Assembly: GCA_037305845.1 (NCBI GenBank)
Contig: CP147778.1
Location: 2,944,001 to 3,008,000 of the forward strand
Length of the DNA stretch: 64,000 bases
Direction of reading: 5' to 3'
From: Candidatus Freyarchaeum deiterrae
GTDB lineage: Archaea > Asgardarchaeota > Jordiarchaeia > Jordiarchaeales > Jordiarchaeaceae
The notes beneath the pieces are model-generated. The model did not search any database. It was not told the origin of the DNA and was given only the letters and a program-made list of their open reading frames with translations. Position numbers and translations under genes: made by a program. Positions within the stretch are counted from its first letter, which is position 1. Every line of letters begins with the position of its first letter. Positions 59,176 through 64,000 of the stretch are shown here, piece by piece.

Positions 59176-60195
59176 CTACTGTGTTTCCTGCTCTTTTTTT
59201 AATAAGAGTTCTCCTGCAGATTTAAAGAATTCGTCTACGTTTGTACCGAGTTTAGCGCTTGTTTCGAAGTAGGGTGCGTTTATCTCTTGAGCGTATTTCG
59301 AACACTCTGGCAATGGTATTTTTCTCTCTAAATCATTTTTGTTGCCAATCACAATTATTGATTGAAGGTTGCCAAAAGAGTTGTATACCTCCCAACGCCA
59401 CTTCTCCAAGTTTTTGAATGATTCGGGGTTGGTTAAGTCGAAAACTAGAACGACTAGGTCGGCGTCAATGTAGAGCTCCTTTCTCATTTCTTCAAAGTTA
59501 GCTGAACCAGCAAAATCCCAGAAATGCAGACGCACTTTGTTTTTTGCGATTTCTAGCTGTTTTGCAGTGAAGTCGCATCCAATAGTGGGGGAGTACTCTG
59601 TTGGGAATTTGTTTTCGGTGACTTTTTTAATTATACTTGTTTTCCCCACTTTTTTATCCCCCACAACAATAATCTTAAACATGAAAGTCTTTGATCTTCT
59701 AAGGACCTGCTTTAATGATGATGCGGCTGTTTTGGATGGTTCTTGGAGGGGAATTGAGGTTTTGGATATTACCTCTGTTGTCTCTGGAGTGATTAATTCG
59801 CGAATCCTACTCTGTAACAACATTCCATCGACTTTCACTCCAAATCCGGTAAACGGTTGTACATTTCCGTCCCATTGCTCGAGTAGGGGACCAAAATTTT
59901 TGATAAAAGCATCCAGTATATTGCCTAAGAAGCCTCTAACCAATTCTTCGTTGTCTTCCTTACCAACAACTGCCACCGCCATAATACTGTCACGCGGCTC
60001 ATAGAGCACTCTGTAATTTTTAAGAAGAATCTCCCGAAGACTCTCATCATCCGCACCCTGAATAAGTTTGCTGGAGAATCTAAGTATTGCGGTTAGAAAA
60101 CCTCCAATAAGGTTTTCATCGATTTCAATGGAACCATACTTTCTGCAAAGAATACAGATACCCCTACTATCGATAATGTAGATTCCCTGAATCAT
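59176..60195 (-). CDS. Longin-like domain fused to a Rab/Ras-like small GTPase (eukaryotic signature protein type)
   Basis: N-terminal MIQGIYIIDSRGICIL...LIGGFLTAI..F (longin/AP-sigma-like); G1 GDKKVGKTS, PTIG, WDFAG, NKND, ETSAK. Confidence 0.9.
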   Translation of the reverse strand: MIQGIYIIDSRGICILCRKYGSIEIDENLIGGFLTAILRFSSKLIQGADDESLREILLKNYRVLYEPRDSIMAVAVVGKEDNEELVRGFLGNILDAFIKNFGPLLEQWDGNVQPFTGFGVKVDGMLLQSRIRELITPETTEVISKTSIPLQEPSKTAASSLKQVLRRSKTFMFKIIVVGDKKVGKTSIIKKVTENKFPTEYSPTIGCDFTAKQLEIAKNKVRLHFWDFAGSANFEEMRKELYIDADLVVLVFDLTNPESFKNLEKWRWEVYNSFGNLQSIIVIGNKNDLERKIPLPECSKYAQEINAPYFETSAKLGTNVDEFFKSAGELLLKKEQETQ

Positions 60196-60624
60196 AAGGG
60201 TAAACCACACAATAATAATCATTCTCTGAATCAAAAGTAGTGAAGTTGCACTTAAATTCTTTATTATACCCTCTCCTAATGGTTCAATGTCAAGTTACTA
60301 TAAATAAACAACATTACCCTATTCAATTCAAGGCAAAAATTTGTAAAACGTTGATAGCTCAAGCTTGACGGTTGTTGATATTTTCAGAATAAAAAAGGGG
60401 GAAAGATAGACGAGAGTTGGGATATCATTCAGGAAATTCCAGAGAAGATGACACATAAAAATGAAGTTTTCTAAGCCAAGCCAAGTCCGGCCCGCGGTTC
60501 ATAGTAAGTGTGTTAAAATATCCTGTTCACTATTAAATTATTCACTCAAGAACTCCATTTACTTAACAAAGCTCATACGCTAAGCTTTTAAAATCCAACT
60601 TTGTTGTGAAGTGTGGTGATATTT

Positions 60625-61518
60625 ATGGATTTTGAATTTCCTCCCTATCGTCCACCATCTGAGGCTTACAGTATGCTCATTAGGGTGACTAGGAACTGTC
60701 CTTGGAATAAGTGTGCCTTCTGTAGTATGTATAAGGGTCAAAAATTTTCGAGGAGACCGTTGGATGACGTTAAGAACGATATATCCATGGCGGCCGATGT
60801 TTACGGGGAAAGACCCACAATGTTCTGGGCAGACAGTAACTCCATCGTTCTAAAAACCGAGGAACTGGAAGAAATTCTAAACCACACCTACAAAGTTTAT
60901 CCCAACTTGGAAAGAATAACTAGCTACGCCCGAGCGAAAACCATTCTTCACACAAAAACCGTGGAAGAATTGAAAAGACTGCATGAGGCTGGGCTCACTA
61001 GACTGCATTTGGGTCTTGAAACTGGAGACGACTGGCTTTTGAAATTCATAAACAAGGGTGCAACTGGGGAGGAAATGATTAAAGGTGGAAGAATGGTGGT
61101 GGAATCCGGAATTCATCTCAGCGAGTATGTGATTCTGGGTTTGGGTGGAGTGGAGAGAAGCCAAATACACGCAAAGGAAACAGCTAAGGTATTAAACCAG
61201 ATAGACCCCGCTTTTATCCGCGTCCGCACACTAATACCAGTACCCACAACCCCGTTACACGAAGCCTTTCAAAAAGGAGTTCTTCATCTGTGCACCCCAC
61301 TAGATATTTTAAAAGAAACCAGAACGCTGATTGCTGAACTGGAAGTTAACAGCGAGTTTATTAGCGACCATGTTTCCAACTATTTAACAGTGGAGGGCAA
61401 ACTACCCGAAGATAAGGATACCATGTTGGAGTTTCTAGACTCCCACATTGAACTTTTAGAGCTCGACCCTGAAACCGGGAGAAAACTTCTCCAACCAGAA
61501 TACCTAAGAAGGCTCTAA
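60625..61518 (+). CDS. Radical SAM protein
   Basis: YRPPSEA..., CPWNKCAFC, GLETG, SDHVSN. Confidence 0.92.
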   Translation: MDFEFPPYRPPSEAYSMLIRVTRNCPWNKCAFCSMYKGQKFSRRPLDDVKNDISMAADVYGERPTMFWADSNSIVLKTEELEEILNHTYKVYPNLERITSYARAKTILHTKTVEELKRLHEAGLTRLHLGLETGDDWLLKFINKGATGEEMIKGGRMVVESGIHLSEYVILGLGGVERSQIHAKETAKVLNQIDPAFIRVRTLIPVPTTPLHEAFQKGVLHLCTPLDILKETRTLIAELEVNSEFISDHVSNYLTVEGKLPEDKDTMLEFLDSHIELLELDPETGRKLLQPEYLRRL

Positions 61519-61548
61519 AAATAATATAGTTTAAAAATCTCACTCAAA

Positions 61549-62220
61549 CTATTTTTCAAATATTTTCAGAATCTCCCCCAAATCATGTATCACTAGATCC
61601 GCATTCTGTACTAGTTCTTCGGCTGGCCTGTAGGCTACGCCCAAACCTGGCACCGAGAGAAAGGATTTGTCAAATCTACTATCCCCCACTGCAATGCACT
61701 CATCAAGTTTAAAACCGTAGGATTCTGCAACCTTTTTAAGAGCTTCATCCTTTTTCAGTAGCTCCACTCTAAAAATTCCCTCACCCGTCAGAAAACCATT
61801 CCTGTCTACTTCTAGACCGTTAGCCACAGCACACTTTACACCTAATTTACCACCCACGTCCTTAGCTCTGATATCTATACCTGCTGATATTATACAAATT
61901 TTTAGTCCCAAATCTCCCAGCTTTTTTATGACGCGCTTGGCGTGTGGCTGAAACTTATAATCCAAAAGAACTCTTTCAACCTCATCGACGTGTGGGGGTG
62001 GTTGCCAGAGCTTGATGTCCCTTCTCATAAATTCCGAGTAATCAATTTTTCTCTCTAAGTAGTCTTTCAAATTTGTTTGATTTTCTACTCCGAAGTGCCT
62101 ATGCAGAGTCTGCCAACTATTGAATCCAGAGATTATTGTTCCATCCATATCGAAAGCGATTAAGCGGTATTCTCTCAAAACAATCTTCACCTGAATGACA
62201 TTAGTTGATTCTCCTCTCAT
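61549..62220 (-). CDS. HAD-IB phosphatase (phosphoserine phosphatase-like)
   Basis: AFDMDGT, IISAG, K, AVGDS..D. Confidence 0.88.
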   Translation of the reverse strand: MRGESTNVIQVKIVLREYRLIAFDMDGTIISGFNSWQTLHRHFGVENQTNLKDYLERKIDYSEFMRRDIKLWQPPPHVDEVERVLLDYKFQPHAKRVIKKLGDLGLKICIISAGIDIRAKDVGGKLGVKCAVANGLEVDRNGFLTGEGIFRVELLKKDEALKKVAESYGFKLDECIAVGDSRFDKSFLSVPGLGVAYRPAEELVQNADLVIHDLGEILKIFEK

Positions 62221-62415
62221 TTGGCTAATCTTTAAACTTGATTTATTTAATCTACTTTAGAGATTCGTTAAAATAATCTCAGCAAAACTCTTTTTTCTAT
62301 ACATAAAAACTTTTAACACTCTACCTGATTTATTCTAGCTATGGAAACATATAAGTTAGATTTTAACCTACGTGAATTAGCAAATTCCAAAATTATTATT
62401 TGAAGGGGTAATTTT

Positions 62416-63591
62416 ATGCTTATCGCAGTTTTAGGAGGCGCGGGGCTTGTTGGCTCTGCTGTTGTAGATGACTTGGTCAGAAGCGGCGTTGACGAGGTTG
62501 TTGTCGCAGATTTGAACATACACGCAGCTCAGGAGGTCATTGAAAAATACAAGAGAGCGGACACCAAGGTTTCCGCACAGTTCGTCGACGTCAACGAACA
62601 TAAAAGCTTGGTTGATGTTATCTCTGGAGCCGATGTAGTTTCAAGCAGCATCGGGCCGTCCTACGAGTACTGCAACAAAGTTCTTGAGGCAGCCATAGAA
62701 GCAAAAGTTAACCTGGTAGACCTCTGTGACGAATTCGACGCTGCGGAAGAAGCCTTTAAACACGACTCACAAGCCAAGAAGGCGGGAATAACCGCTTGCA
62801 TAGGCTGTGGCGCAAGCCCCGGATTAAGCAACATCGTTGCCAAGTATGCGTCCAGCAAAATGGACAGAGTAGAAAGCATTCAAATAGCCTGGGCAGTGAG
62901 CGTCCGTGACACCGGAGGCCCTGCTGCGAATTATCACTTCTTTCACTCTTTGAGCGGCAATATCCCCACTTTTCGCAAAGGTAAAATAAAATACATCCAA
63001 GCTGGCTCGGAGAAAGAACGAGTGAAATTCCCTGACCCTATAGGAGAAGTTGAAGTTTACAGCTTCGGCCACCCTGAACCCCTCACCCTACCCCGATTCA
63101 TTGAAGGTGTAAAGAACGTAAGCATAAAAGGCGCAACACTCCCCATATGGCTTGACGAGGTTTACAGAGGATTGAGCAAATCAGGATTAACCAGCAAACA
63201 ACCGATAAACGTTAAGGGAATATCCATCATCCCACTGGATTTTGCTGTTTCACTGACCTTCTCACAATACGCTCTTCCTTCGGAAATAAAAGAGATGATA
63301 GACAGAGACGCCCCAACCACCTCAGCAGAAAAATGCATAGTGACCGGAGAAAGAAAAGGAAACCCCACAAGATACACTTATGATGGACTGGCGAGTTTCG
63401 CCAAAACAACCGCTACCTCAGCCTCGGTAGCAGCGCAAATGATTGCCACCGACAAGACAACAAGTAAGGGAGTACTGCCACCAGAAGGATGCTTAGATGC
63501 TGTAACGTTTCTTAAAGAGTTTGTAAAAAGAAAAATAGAAATAACTGAAACTGAAGAGATAACACGAAGCCTAACTGAAGAAACAATCTAG
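62416..63591 (+). CDS. Saccharopine dehydrogenase family oxidoreductase
   Basis: VLGGAGLVG, GCGASPGLSN, GHPEPLTLP, GVLPPE. Confidence 0.9.
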   Translation: MLIAVLGGAGLVGSAVVDDLVRSGVDEVVVADLNIHAAQEVIEKYKRADTKVSAQFVDVNEHKSLVDVISGADVVSSSIGPSYEYCNKVLEAAIEAKVNLVDLCDEFDAAEEAFKHDSQAKKAGITACIGCGASPGLSNIVAKYASSKMDRVESIQIAWAVSVRDTGGPAANYHFFHSLSGNIPTFRKGKIKYIQAGSEKERVKFPDPIGEVEVYSFGHPEPLTLPRFIEGVKNVSIKGATLPIWLDEVYRGLSKSGLTSKQPINVKGISIIPLDFAVSLTFSQYALPSEIKEMIDRDAPTTSAEKCIVTGERKGNPTRYTYDGLASFAKTTATSASVAAQMIATDKTTSKGVLPPEGCLDAVTFLKEFVKRKIEITETEEITRSLTEETI

Positions 63592-64000
63592 GAAGAAATT
63601 ATCAAATTTTATTTTTTAATTCCTTCCTAACACATCACCTTCATCGGATGAGTCAAAATCGGTTTTCCGCGACTTAATCTGCCTTCATTTTTTTAGATCA
63701 TTTCCAACTCTCAAAGCAAAAAGCACATCAAAAAACACATTTTTTTAAAAAAATAATTATGCCTTTTGGGCGACTCCACCACATAATCTGCGACTAATCA
63801 CTCCGAAAAACAAGAACAAATTTTAATTGAAATTACAAAATAAGAGAGTGTTAATCTAACCTCAGACGATCTCAAATATTCCTTAATTATTTGGAATTGG
63901 GAAGGGGGCATAGTTTTCCGAGAAACTAATTGTTTTGTACCGGTATTAACCCGAAGTGTTGGTTGAGTTCGTGACAACCAGTCCAGCAGGTGTTCCAGCA

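Noticed and set aside
68-63409. Numerous short ORFs nested in or antisense to long recognised genes
   Set aside because: They overlap well-supported CDSs and lack motifs; treated as spurious.
63880-64000. Possible 3' end of a minus-strand gene (one frame reads CWNTCWTGCH)
   Set aside because: Truncated by the window edge; the frame cannot be determined.

Overview
Gene-dense archaeal chromosomal window, roughly 40% GC by eye. Archaeal-type ThrRS, TATA-like promoters, GGTGA/GGAGG ribosome-binding sites, a Roadblock/LC7 protein, a longin-Rab-like GTPase fusion, and PH-like and TPR proteins suggest an Asgard archaeon (inference). Much of the window is organic-acid, fatty-acid and aldehyde metabolism: CoA transferase, enoyl-CoA hydratase, AOR+ADH+MoaD, MaoC, three acyl-CoA ligases, acyl-CoA dehydrogenase and malic enzyme. 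No rRNA, tRNA or CRISPR array was seen. Most notable: (1) a tandemly duplicated ~3.9 kb cassette pairing an unrecognised ~117-aa domain (triple-repeat gene plus single-domain gene; predicted Roadblock/profilin-like topology) with a long-chain acyl-CoA ligase, with signs of gene conversion and a stray relic copy ~21 kb away; (2) a full-length archaeal-type PEP carboxylase that has lost several catalytic residues (candidate pseudoenzyme); (3) three tandem ~390-aa all-helical paralogs near a Roadblock gene; (4) an orphan TnpB-tail/omega-RNA-like structured relic; (5) two rubredoxin genes missed by the ORF track. All family assignments are from motif recognition, not database searches.
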